64,000 nt of DNA. Origin: Eledone cirrhosa (Eukaryota). Location of the stretch: positions 41,230,001 to 41,294,000 of the forward strand of contig OZ024745.1 of NCBI GenBank assembly GCA_964016885.1. The letters are read 5' to 3'. The position numbers and the translations under genes were made by a program. The notes under the pieces were generated by a model. That model did no database searches and was not told where the DNA came from. It saw only the letters and a program-made list of their open reading frames with translations. Positions 1 through 13,110 of the stretch are shown here, piece by piece (within the stretch, counting starts at the first letter, position 1; every line of letters begins with the position of its first letter).

Positions 1-40
1 GTATAGACATACATACACACACACGCACGCACACACACAA

Positions 41-85
<45 letters not shown>

Positions 86-140
86 TATTGGTGGTATGTA
101 AGTATATATAAACTTGGTAATTATATCTAGGATGGTGATG

Positions 141-236
<96 letters not shown>

Positions 237-596
237 ATATATATATGTTTGTGTTTGTGAGAGCGAGTGCATGTATCTGTGTGTGTACATGTATGTAGGC
301 ATATATATGTATGTTTATTTGTATATATATACATATATATATGTGCGTTTCGTGTGTTTGAGAGAGAAAAAAAGAAAGAGAGAGTAGGCTAATGAGAGAG
401 ATAAAGATAAATAGATTCCTTGATGAATAAATCATTTAAACAACATTATGTCAGAAACTAAAGTGAGTTATCTACTTATGCGAATAAGTTTTTCTTTTAT
501 ATTTTTATTTTTACCATTACCTAATCAATTTGTTCGTTACTTTGAATCTAAGTGTTATGCAAGGATATCTCTCTGACTAGTAATTACGTAGTAAAC

Positions 597-660
<64 letters not shown>

Positions 661-1134
661 TATAAATATACAAATATATTGTAATCAAATTCATTTATTT
701 TGAAGTAACTCTACTAAATATCAGTAATGGCTGGCCTATGTCTTAAATAAGAACAGGCAGGCGTGATTTTAAGAAGTAACTCTCTACCAGTTACTGTAGC
801 AGTTCCTTATTAAATATATTGTAAGCCCCAGCCTATTGTTATCATACATTTTTACACCTTTTTTTAAATGTTCCCACCGCTATTTGTTATCTTTTGCAAT
901 ACATTAGTGTAACTGCAATGAAGTACTTCGAGTTCCGCAATTAGGTGAACGCTAAGTGGGGATCATGACAGAAAGAAAATGTCTACATCAGTAGTTCCCG
1001 AATACATTTTGTCACAAAATCCCTACATGCACTTTCAAAATCTGTGGAAACCTTACCTGCATTTTATCGACAATAGTCACCATAATTTTGGAAGACACTA
1101 AATGAAGGAAAATTTATTTTAGTGAAAGGATTTG

Positions 1135-1191
<57 letters not shown>

Positions 1192-1230
1192 ATATTAAAT
1201 AAATGGAAACTATATTTATAAAACCATATT

Positions 1231-1294
1231 TATTTTATTATATATATTTCAAGAGTACCAAGACAACATTGGTTCGCTTTCATCAGATAAAATA
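1231..1294 (-). ncRNA. Type I minimal hammerhead ribozyme (family A)
   Basis: Minus strand reads tattttat-CTGATGA-aagcgaaccaa..ttggtactctt-GAAA-tatata-TA-ataaaata. Stem I is a perfect 8 bp and stem III is the palindrome ATATATAT. Confidence 0.8.
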
Positions 1295-1445
1295 CAAAGT
1301 TTGTTTTCATAAATAGAGACATACCCATGAAAATCATACCTTATCGGTTGGAAATTCACTGGATAGTGGAAATATATTAGGGATTTTTCAAACTTATGTA
1401 AATGAATATGTAAATAATCAAAAAACAATCGTTTATTTAAATGAC

Positions 1446-1527
<82 letters not shown>

Positions 1528-1917
1528 ATAAGCGGAGAAGGATAAAAATTAGTGTGAGGGAGAGAGAGAGAAGAAAGAAACAAGAGAAGATGAATAAAAC
1601 TCGTATAACGCTAATTTGGTGGAAATATATTCAAAGTATATATTTTAATAGTACGTGTATTTACGATTATTAGTTGTTTTGAATTTGTTTATAATATAAT
1701 ATTTTCTGTTATAAGAAGATAAATAAATAAATACATAAATAAATAAATAAGTAAGTAAGTAAATAAATAAATAAATAAATAAATAAATAGATAGATGGGT
1801 ATATCATGTTATAGATAATTGTTCAAATGAGTTATGAGGGATATTGGTTTTGTATTTAATGTAAATAAATATTAAGTTAAATTAACTGAGTTAATAAGAA
1901 TATTTATATTTAAATTA

Positions 1918-3081
1918 CTAGCTGACGTACCCAGCTTCGCCCGGGTAAACAGATGATAAAAGAAGACAGGTAAAAGAGAAAATGAATGTAGTGGATGTCT
2001 GTCTGGTTACAGTATGAGGCGAGTCCATGGTGTATGTGTGATACAGAAAACAGTAACAAAAATTGTCCAGATATACCAGATTCTTCGTTGTAACGTTTGC
2101 ACATAGTATATGAACAATTCTAGGTGTTCCCAACTTGAATAGTGACCTCTAGGAGATGGTTCATCTTCTGTCTGACTGTAAAACTTTATCATTGCATAGA
2201 CGTGGTTGTTCCACGTTTCTCAAAAAGATGATGGAAGTTGCAATCTTTTATATTATATGTTGATATAGATATAGATAATTAATATAAAAGATGGTGCTCA
2301 GCCAATTCATATTCAACCATCGCAGCACGCCGTCGCTGCTTGGCTCCAGTGTTTCATTGGCGCTGTTCAGCCAGCTCCTCTTCATTCATGGCGGCACGTC
2401 TTCGCCTCTGAATTTCGGTGTTCCGATGGAGCTGTTCGGCCCGTTCTTCTTCATTCCTGGCTGCACGCCGTCGCCGCTGTAGTTTACTATTTGATAAAGT
2501 CGAATTGCTTTTATTATCAGTATTCATTTCGAGCAATTGTCAAAAAATGACACACAAAATAAATATAAAAGATGTCCGTCAATGTAAAAAAAGGTCCCTA
2601 TTTACTCCCTTCACAATTCTGTGTATGTTAGACTGACAGACAGGCATACAGACAGATAAACTGCTTGGCGATTGTGGAACGCCCCACGTACACACACATA
2701 CACGCATGGAAACGCGCACACGCACGCAAACTTACACACGCACCCGTGCACTTACACGGTTACACATGTTGATAGTTTTTACTTTCTGTGGAACGCTGCA
2801 CGCACGCACACACATATAAACGTACGCGCACGTACATACACACGCACGCACACACATAAACGTACGCGCACGTACATACACACGCACACATGGTAATAGT
2901 TACAGCGTTCACTTTGCCTCTCTGTTTCTTACTCTCCCCTCTCTCTCCCTCATTGGCATTATGCGTATTAATTTAAGTTTGGCGTCGTTGAGGTGGGCGA
3001 AGTCGTTTCAAACCTATAAACCAATGATAATCGAGAATTATGACACACGGAATACTGACGTTGTTGAAATTAATATATAGA
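1918..3081 (-). mobile_element. Non-autonomous Helitron
   Basis: Minus strand starts TCTATATATT and ends with the hairpin cccgggcgaagctggg followed by CTAG. Inserted between A and T with no TSD; internal (CA)-rich repeats. Confidence 0.8.
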
Positions 3082-3586
3082 TTTAAAATGGGAAGATACG
3101 GAAAAACTCCGGTTTAATTTATTTATTCATTAGTGTGAGACTATTTAGTCAAAATAAGTATAGATGTTGAAAGATACATTTAGCCAGAATCAGTTAGTGG
3201 TTATAAATCTATTGAAAATGTTGAAAAAAATATTGATAAAGTATTGAAAAAATATTGAAAAATTTGAGAAAATTTTTTTTAAAATAAATTAGAAGAGATA
3301 AGTAATTTTTAAAGAAATAAAAATTAAAGAAATAAAAATAAAGATTTAAAAATTATTAAAATTAAATTTAAAATTTAAAAAAAATTTAGAATTATATACG
3401 AATATATTTTATGAATCTTTAAGAAGTGGAATTATAGCAAATGTTATAGATATTATGATTTAGAGATATCAATATATTAAAACCAAGTGGATGAGATTAT
3501 TATGGAAATAAGTAGAAATATTAAAAATATTATAAGTAAAATTATAAGTTATATATAGTTCTGAATGTTGAATTCAGGCGATGTCT

Positions 3587-4453
3587 TCAAGAATTAAATA
3601 AATTCGTTCTTAGATTAATAGAGTTTTTACATTTAAGTATGAAAAAAATTTCCTCAACAGACAATTTGCAGAATCTAGATAAAGCTGGGTTTCGGAACGC
3701 GGGTGCTTTTGAAACTGTTTCCCAAGCTAAAGAATAGTCTATATTCTTGCATTTTAAGTTCCATATCAAGTGTAAAAGAGAAGTTGAAAGAGCATTTGTG
3801 GTTATTCCAGCGACTATTAAATTCTGTAGAAGTTGCACCGACATAGTTAAATATATTATCACTGGTTTTAACTATACATTTATAGACCACGTTTTTATCT
3901 AAACACTTATTTTGTAAAGGACAGTTTGATTTAATTCTACAGTTACATTTTACGGAGTTGTTGTTGTTCGGAACGGTACTATTATATTGGATAATGCTAG
4001 AGATATTACTACTATTTTGGTTATTTTGGTTAGGGTTTAAATTTCTATTATTAATTCTATTTATATGTTGTGCTATGTTCATAGTAGTAGAGTAGGATAG
4101 TTTTATAGTATGCCTGTTAAAGATTGAGTGGTATCTGTAGGCTTTAGGAAAACATTTAACTAGTGCTTTAAAGAATAGCTTTGCTAAAGGTGTTTTTACG
4201 CTTAATGAGAATGGGGGTGAGTACCAAATAATATTTCTAGTTCTAGTTCTTCTGTTAGTTTTAGAGTTTAAGTTAAATTTGTTATTATAATTACAATTAA
4301 TAGTAGGGTTATTTGCCTTATTACTGTTGTCGATGTATTTAATCTTATTTATATACCCTGCTCTATTTAAAGCTTCATTATAATATTCTGCCTTATCGTC
4401 AAAAATGTTTTTATTAGCGGAGATGCGTTGTTGGACAGAATTGACAATAGTGA

Positions 4454-4455
<2 letters not shown>
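3587..4455 (-). pseudogene. PLE C-terminal RT region and GIY-YIG endonuclease, frameshifted
   Basis: ORFs 3675-4082 and 3587-3862 carry the CxC..C..C linker, VVY..YVG and FCKLSVEE motifs. Confidence 0.85.
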
Positions 4456-4503
<48 letters not shown>

Positions 4504-4510
<7 letters not shown>

Positions 4511-4612
4511 TAACAGATTAAAGTTTAAGCAAAGAATCGCTGCTTTCACCCTTAACGGGTTAAGGGTGAAGGCACCAATTCTTTGCTTAAACTTTAATCT
4601 GTTATTTTAATA
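4504..4612. repeat. Fold-back (about 50-bp arms) of an HHR-containing pLTR fragment
   Basis: attaaaataacagattaaagtttaagcaaagaat..cacccttaac / gttaagggtg..attctttgcttaaactttaatctgttattttaat. The same sequence recurs at 5441-5497. Confidence 0.85.
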
Positions 4613-4702
4613 AATATTTGCTCTAGGGTTCTTATATATTTGATATAGATTTATCCTTATCGAGCCCTCTTTGGATTTTAGTCCTCACATTTATTATTAT
4701 TA

Positions 4703-4900
<198 letters not shown>

Positions 4901-5425
4901 ATATATATGTTTCACATTCAGTAATGTTTTGAAGATTATTATTAACCGAAACACCTCAGCCCCAAAACCCCAAATTTGGTTGCGTACTCAGGGTGTTCTA
5001 TATGCTTACTTTGGGAAGTAATCTTCCAGAGGACTAAGAACAAATGTTGTCTCCAGGCCAATATGTTTTTTGAGCTCTTGTTCAAAATGATCTCATAACT
5101 TCCCTACTCTCATTGTTGCTATTGAAGCAATATTCATATTAAACGATACAACATTACACTTTACACTTCATTGGTTTTACAGCGAAGGCTTCTAATTTTA
5201 AAAAATGTTACTTTTATCTATACTTATCTACCATAGAATACTCAAATATTCCAAAAGTATTCCAATGTAAGAATTATATTATATTTATATATATATATGT
5301 ATATATATATATATACGTTCTTCGCCAGCGAACGTTTCCACGAACCAAAGTATCGTCTTCCTGTCTTCCTCCGGTTGCAACGTTTTTTGAAATATCCAGT
5401 TCTGCGTTTACAGATTGACTTTGTT

Positions 5426-5476
5426 AGTTTCAGAAGATCCCGTTAAGGGTGAAAGCAGCGATTCTTTGCTTAAACT
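5426..5476 (+). ncRNA. Hammerhead-like motif with core variant CAGAAGA (family B)
   Basis: agttt-CAGAAGA-t ccc gttaa ggg t-GAAA-gca..tgc-TT-aaact. Stems I-III all pair; position U4 is replaced by A. Confidence 0.55.
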
Positions 5477-5761
5477 TTAATCTGTTATTTTAATAAATAT
5501 ATATATATATATATATACGTACGGATATACAACATTCATTACACAAAGAAATATATTCATATATTAATGTTTTTTAGACGAGAAGCAACAGTGAGCCAAG
5601 GCCCTGGAATATTGTGTTAAGCTGTAGGTATATTAGTTTTCATTCTTCACGACAGAAACCAGAACGTAAAATTCGTTTCACACAACCGATGTTCTTTAAT
5701 TGACTGGAGATTAGTTAGTAATGCCATTCTTCTTTTTTTCTTTTGTGTGTGTGTGTGTGTG

Positions 5762-5818
<57 letters not shown>

Positions 5819-6576
5819 AGTGTGTGTTTGAGTGTGTGTGTATGTTTGCATTTGGTACTTTTTACATATCTACTTAATTCTTACTGTTAAAGGATATTTT
5901 GAATTATAAAAGAATTTAAAAGGAGTCGAACATCAGATCGAACTCTTAATACGATGTTTCCTTTCGTAATATTATCTACCGAATGGAGCTCCTGGTAATT
6001 CCACCAATTCGCTGCCCCTGGATTGACAATTTATTTTTTAACCCCAACTGGGGAAAGGCAAATTTGAACTCTGTAAGACGCGAAATGAATGCTGTAGCAT
6101 TTATGCTGACGCTCTAATGCTCAACCAGTTCCCCTAGATTAATCATAATTGTTACCAAGTTCATATTTATTTGTTAAACACATCTGGAACTGCTAATACA
6201 ATTTTCATTACGGATATACAATGTGAATAATTTTTGGAAAGTAGTATATTATTATAACTATCATGATACAAATGATCTGCTTACAAAATGTACATTGGCA
6301 ATACTTAGAAGCTCAGAACATTATATGCATCCTTGAAACTGAAGGATCCCTATTATATTTTTATATGTTTTCTTCGGGATATATACGCTTTATTTCTTCA
6401 GGATATATACGCTTTATAATGTACGACTTCACTCGTTTTACAAGCGGAGTTCTTAGTAGTTGAGATATTGCATGACTAGAGGTAAAGTATGTAGTTGTTG
6501 TTTGGTTCTGAAAAATGTCATTTCAGAGTTAAGTATCATTGTTGGGAAATTTGAAAACGAAAGTACGATGTATTCC

Positions 6577-6766
6577 AATAATTGTTTCTACTTTAGGCAC
6601 AAGGCCAGCAATTAACCAGTGCATTGCTGGTACTTTATTTTATCGACCCCGTAAGGATGAAAGGCAAAGTCAACCTCGGCGGGATTTGAACTCAGATCGT
6701 AAGGGGACGTAACTATGCTGGAAAACATGGCGTCCGACCCTCTACCGATACTGCCAATCCACCGCC
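6577..6766 (-). mobile_element. tRNA-derived SINE, full length
   Basis: A-box TGGCAGTATCGG, B-box GAGTTCAAATCC, core ctttgcctttcatccttacggggtcgataaa and (ATT) tail on the minus strand; multiple near-identical copies in the window. Confidence 0.9.
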
Positions 6767-7116
6767 ATTCAAATAATGGTGTGAGTATAATATACATCAC
6801 TTCACCTTCAGTGATTACATGTGTCCATGAGATACGTTTGTTAAACGATTTACACACTTTTAATTAACTGCAAAAGATTTTAAATGTTAATATTTATGCA
6901 CAATATACTTAATGTACATATATGACCCATTATATTTGTAATTTACTCAATGTACGTATATTATATATTGTATGCGAAGCATAATCAACGTAAATCTATT
7001 TCAGAGTATATGTGTAGTAGAGTGATATAAATATATTACACGTTGTATGTAAAGTAAACATAATATAAGTACATTACACATTAGATGTGCAGTATTGTTA
7101 ATCTAAATATCTTACA

Positions 7117-8400
7117 CATTATAGCAATACATTATACTTTATAGGCAACATTATATTCCCCATTATAGGCAACATTAGAGTTACGGCTCTTGCCATTCTG
7201 AGTTCAAATCCCGTCGAGGTTAACTTTGCCTTTCATCCTTACGGGGTCGATAAAATAAAGTACTAGTAATGTACTGGTTAATTGCTGGCCTTGTGCCAAA
7301 AAGTAGAAACAATTATATTCCCCATTATAGGCAACACACTATATTCCGCATTATAGGCAACACTATATTACCCATTATAGGCAACATTATATTACCCATT
7401 ATAGGCAACATTATATTACCCATTATAGGCAACATTATATTACCCATTATAGGCAACACTATATTACCCATTATAGGCAACACACTATATTCCCCATTAT
7501 AGGCAACATTATATTACCCATTATAGGCAACATTATATTACCCATTATAGGCAACACTATATTACCCATTATAGGCAACACTATATTACCCATTATAGGC
7601 AACATTATATTACCCATTATAGGCAACACTATATTACCCATTATAGGCAACATTATATTACCCATTATAGGCAACACTATATTACCCATTATAGGCAACA
7701 TTATATTACCCATTATAGGCAACACTATATTACCCCTTATAGGCAACATTATATTACCCATTATAGGCAACATTATATTACCCATTATAGGCAACACTAT
7801 ATTACCCATTATAGGCAACATTATATTACCCATTATAGGCAACATTATATTACCCATTATAGGCAACACTATATTACCCATTATAGGCAACACTATATAC
7901 CCATTATAGGCAACCATTATATTACCCATTATAGGCAACATTATATTACCCATTATAGGCAACACTATATTACCCATTATAGTCAACATACTATATTACC
8001 CATTATAGGCAACATTAAATTACTCATTATAGGCAACATTATATTACCCATTATAGGCAACATTATATTACCCATTATAGGCAACACACTATATAACCCA
8101 TTATAGGCAACATTATATTACCCATTATAGGCAACATTATATTACCCATTATAGGCAACATTATATTACCCATTATAGGCAACACACTATATTACCCATT
8201 ATAGGCAACACTATATTACCCATTATAGGCAACATTATATTACCCATTATAGGCAACATTATATTACCCATTATAGGCAACACTATATTACCCATTATAG
8301 GCAACACTATATTATCCATTATAGGCAATATTGTAGAACACATAGGCAACATTGTAGTACACATAATAGGCAACATTTTAATACTCATTATACTCTTCAA
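7117..8400. repeat. 24-bp minisatellite (CCCATTATAGGCAACATTATATTA)n with degenerating flanks
   Basis: More than 40 tandem units. They produce spurious LPIIGNII / LPIMGNIM ORFs. Confidence 0.97.
7178..7312 (+). mobile_element. 5'-truncated SINE inserted in the minisatellite
   Basis: B-box, core and 3' end gtgccaaaaagtagaaacaattat. Confidence 0.88.
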
Positions 8401-9459
8401 TAAGTTACCCATAATGAAATATATATCATAAAACATTCTACACATTATAATGAAAACTATATTACACATGATATATTATACGTATATTTATGAATATATT
8501 ACACTATATATTGCACAATATATTGAACATTACAAGCAGCATTGCAGTACATGTCATAAATATCACTATGAAAAAGAATAGAGCAATATGTGTAATGTCG
8601 CTTCTCAAACTAAGTATATATATGACTATATGTAATCTACGTATTTGTAGCCACACTGTACTGTAAATAGTTGCACGGCGAGTGATGGAAAGTGGTTCTC
8701 TATCCATTAAGTCTGTGATAGACATTCAAATTTTACTTATTCAGATATTCGAGAAAGGCAAAATAATGATAAATGTAAAATAACTTTTAAATTCTGTTTC
8801 TTATAATACTCCTAATAACTGCAATGGTAATTTTATTAGAATCAAATGTACAGAAGACATATTTCTTCTATGCCACTACGATTTGGTGCTAGTCGTCCTG
8901 AAAAAGATGTACTGGACATCATTAAAACAATTTAACCATGTGTGGCACGTAAATCTCATGATACAATGCTTTGCCTTTATGATCTGCCCGTTTCCTGTCT
9001 TTCTGATAGTTGGTTTCTCGCCAGAGCGCAGTTTTGCAACGTGTGCTGGTGGAAATATTTCTTAACGACTATCTCGCATCTCTGGTGTTCGGTTTTACTT
9101 TCACACACATCCTTCTATAACTCATTAATCTACTTAATCTTACCTTCACCAATGTTTAGTTCTGTGTAGATAATGCCATTCTTCATTCTTACATACACAC
9201 AAGTGTCATCTCATGCCTATTCTGTAGTGGCTCAATGAACAGAGAATTCGAATGCAGCCTCCAATGGAATCATGGCAATCCTGTCATCTTCAAAGGTAGA
9301 AACATTAATCATATTAAAAAACCCAAACAATATCATATCGTCAAATAAAATGCTATGCCTTACCATTACCGAATCTCTCTCATCTGGTGATCCTAAACCA
9401 TCAACATAAGAAATAATGCATCATAGATATTGGCCTCAGGAGCTAACTTACAGTAGTAG

Positions 9460-9700
9460 TATCTCCTCTCCCCCATCTCTCACTGAAACGTCTTCTCTTT
9501 CCTCCTAAATATGTCCCTAGGGGTTACATTATCGATTTTTATTGAAATCCAATTAGACAGTCCTGTTCCTGAATATTAGCTTAACATATGTGCAAAGTTT
9601 CATCAGGATCGGATAACTGGTGAAGGCGCCGACTGGTTATACACAGATACACAGATACATAGATACACAGACAGGCAGAAATTACCATTTATATACTAGA
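9460..9700 (-). mobile_element. Helitron-like 5' end fragment
   Basis: Minus strand starts TCTAGTATATAAATGG followed by (TGTA/TCTG) repeats. The plus-strand aagtttcatcaggatcgg motif resembles non-autonomous Helitrons. No 3' CTAG hairpin found. Confidence 0.5.
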
Positions 9701-10271
9701 TTCCATAACCACACATTTCTTTTCTCGTCACAGTCCCTGCAGTGATTATGGTCACACACCTTTCTCGAAACGAATCCATTAATACAATAAATTATGTCAA
9801 TGTCTGTAGTATATTTTATATGTCCTATATTTCTCATATTTCTAAAGGAGACCAACATGGGGAGTGTGAATATAAACGTAAAGGTGTGTATTAGAGTGTA
9901 TTACGTCGAAAAGAATCTAAATTTCGGGTGTAAGCATAGAGTAGAAGTAGAGGGTATCATCGTAAAATGTCAATAGTTATGAGGATAGTTATGAGTACTT
10001 TTAGAATAGGGAAGTGTTGTATTGGAATGAATCAGGGAAGAAGTATAAATACGCGTTGGCACCGGCCTAATGTAATTCGAGGCATGTTTATCAAAGATAT
10101 AATACGCAGATTTGAACAGCTTATCCATTTCCGAATGATAAAACCAAGATTATTAAAGTACCAGGAAGACAGTCACGGAAATATATGGTGAATCTGATAA
10201 TGTTTTACTACGTTAAACACGTTGCCGTCCATTCGGGAAAAGAATATAGACGCTTCAGTTTGAACTATTAT

Positions 10272-10431
10272 CGGTGGATTGGCAGTATCGTAGGAGGGTC
10301 GGACGCCATTCTTTACAGCATGGAGTTACTGGCCTTTACGATATGAGTTCAAATCCCGCCGAGGTTAACTTTGCCTTTCATCCTTACGGGGTCGATAAAA
10401 TGGCCTTGTGCCAAAAGTAGAAACAATTATT
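10272..10431 (+). mobile_element. SINE with internal deletion
   Basis: A/B boxes, core and tail are present; the segment after gtcgataaaa is missing. Confidence 0.88.
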
Positions 10432-11100
10432 TAACTGGTACTTCAGTATTTTAGGTGAATATGCTTAGCCTAATAGTCATGATACTTCAGTTCATTCAAC
10501 CGAAAATGAGTGCCAGAAGCAGCTGGGGTTACCCTTGCGACAGACTGGTGTTTAATGCCAATGAAATCTGGAGGTGTTACGTGTTTCTAGGTTCGAGACA
10601 TAAATTAATTTTATAACTTATTTTATTGACATGAGGAATATGAAATGCAAAAAAAATATTACAATTGATTTTAGCCGACACTGTAATTATTTTATCAATT
10701 CCCCATGATAATAAAAAAAAACATACTTACCACGTTTGTATAAACAACTTTATAATGCAGCGTTATATGAAGGCGCTAGTTTAAGACGTGTTTGCAAAGC
10801 TCTATGTTAAAATCAATTCTAATACAAAGAAATAACACTTGGATCAAATTGTATCAATAACAAAATATATAGATGTGAAAAGACTTCATTAACACACTAT
10901 CAACTAGAACAGTTTTATTGGAAAATTCTGCCCACTTTCTGTTTGTGTGTGTCAGACATATAAGACAGAGAGATATGGTCTAGACAAGTGTTGCATCAAC
11001 GTACAACATCTATTGAAGTAGGGTGAGAAATCTACAAAGAAAAATTAGGTTTAACAATTGTAACATAAATAGGCACTCACACACGCGCGCGCCGCACATG

Positions 11101-11166
<66 letters not shown>

Positions 11167-11589
11167 CACATATATATATATATATATGTGTGTGTGTTTG
11201 TAGGACGAGGCATCAAAATATATATAGTTAGATAGGTAGATAGATAGATAGATTTTGCGATTAGATGTACAGGTGAATCTTATATATGTGTGCGTACCTG
11301 TGCATGTGTGTTTGTGTCTGTATGCGTGCTGTATATGTGCGTAAATATATTCGTTAACTATGATTTTCAGAAAGTTCCAGAAACTATCCTTTAATCAATT
11401 TAAAACAGACGTTTATCGCCAACAGCTATATCTTGTGTGCTACCGGAAGTCGATGCAACGAACATAGTTGATTTGATTTTCTAGATAAGCCGCTCTATTA
11501 TTATTAACAATATTATTCAACGCATTTTACTGTATTTAATAAATTGTTGCTAACCATGAATATATATATATATATATATGCTTGTACAT

Positions 11590-11657
<68 letters not shown>

Positions 11658-12974
11658 ATTTACACACCTTACCATATTTATTATCATTTATCCTATACAT
11701 TAAGATATTAAACGTATTCATGAGATTTTACTCTAAACTATTACAATATTGGACATTTCAATGTACAAGTTCAGTGTAGCTATATTATATAAAGGGGAAT
11801 GTTTTTCTTTGAGTTTTATTAAAGTTATGTAAGGTAATAGATTAGTAGAGCGTCGTGTTAGGAAATTCCTCAGCATTTGCTTTGAGTTCAAATCCCTCCG
11901 GGGTCCATGTTGTCTTTCCTCCTTTCTGTATCAATAAATAAAATATCAGATTAGCTGTTGTGGATTGTAGCAAATGGTTAACAGTTATATGTGGTGTTTG
12001 TGACAGCTTTTTTGGCTCTGTATTTTCACAATTCAAATCTCGCCACCTGTCCCAGGAAAAGCGTCGATCTCTTTGCCAGCAATTTCAATGGAAAGTTAAT
12101 ATCTGCAATGGAAAGACCAATGGAAACAGTTTCTTTTGTCCGATCTGACGATCAGCTTCTTTTTACATATTTAAGTTCTTCGCAGGATTCAAGCCATTCA
12201 TTTTCAACATAACAAGGTGTTTTTTTGTTGTTGTTGTTCTGTTCTTTGTATGTGTTTTATTTTGATTCAAGACAGTTCTATATATTTGTGAATTTATGTC
12301 TGAATTAATGTTTACATCTATACAGGCTTATATGTAACGGGAAATAGAAAATTAGAAGAACGTTAAGACGTCGGAAAGACTTGGCCGAAATTCGTTCCAG
12401 CTCACTGCGCTCGGAGTTAAGATCCCAACTAGGTTGATCAAGTTTACCATCCGTGACTGTGGTCAATACTTCCTCTATATCTAGCTCACTACATATATAT
12501 TCGCTCTCTCCCTGTCTCTCTCTCTCTCCTGGAAGGAATAAGCTCTAGTCAAATAATGGACGATTGCGTGTGTTTGATTATATTCTATCAATAAAGTTTT
12601 CAGCTACCTGGGTGTATTTTTATCGAGCAACTGCTTAATTTACAAAGGGTAGGAAAGAATTTATTTGGTCTAGCAAACGAAGAATCCCCAAGTGTCTTTT
12701 GTAAATCTTTATTATTTTTAGGTACAGATAGCTTTTCAAGACATTAATGTTGTTGCAAATTGGAATGGAATCTACATGTGGAATAATCTTGGATTATACT
12801 TACATTTGATCTCACCCCTGATCCCATAACTTGAAAAAGATTAATGGGCGAATGATCATGACATGCATGATGCTTTGTGTGTTTTAAACGCAAGTGCATC
12901 CATCTCCCCCAGGATTTAATACAGCTGACTTCCTCCAAACTGCGATATAAAGCGAAAACTAAGAGCATTTCACC

Positions 12975-13110
12975 CCAGTACTGGCCATTTACTTTATTTA
13001 TTGATCCCGAAATGGTGAAAGGCAAAGTTAGACTCAGCGGAATTCTAAACACAGAGCGCAAACAGCCGGAATAAATACACCAGAGCATTTTATCTGTCAC
13101 TCTAATGACT
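12975..13110 (-). mobile_element. Old diverged SINE copy (similar relics near 6030-6130, 11840-11945, 16575-16680, 18210-18340, 35270-35390)
   Basis: Degenerate match to tttattttatcgaccc..gaaaggcaaag..gaactcag. Confidence 0.6.

Larger units (their letters stand above)
1187..4457 (-). mobile_element. 5'-truncated Penelope-like element (RT thumb, Cys linker, GIY-YIG, 3' UTR/pLTR), interrupted by a Helitron
   Basis: 3587-4455 is the reverse complement homolog of about 31420-32350 (KCNCRIKSNCPLQNKCL..VVYKC..NYVGAT). 1187-1300 is the reverse complement homolog of the pLTR at 33731-33856. Both ends abut (TA)n. Confidence 0.85.

Noticed and set aside
989-1080. hAT/mariner-like terminal motifs (cagtagttccc; tacgagg at 13443)
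   Set aside because: No matching second TIR or TSD found.
6690-6766. tRNA genes at A/B-box hits
   Set aside because: These are SINE heads: no cloverleaf, and followed by the SINE core and tail.
7269-8469. LPIMGNIM repeat ORFs, and the array as a possible CRISPR
   Set aside because: A 24-bp period gives stop-free frames by chance; there are no unique spacers or cas genes and the context is eukaryotic.
11950-12212. Possible host exon (higher complexity, overlapping short ORFs)
   Set aside because: No recognisable domain or convincing splice sites.
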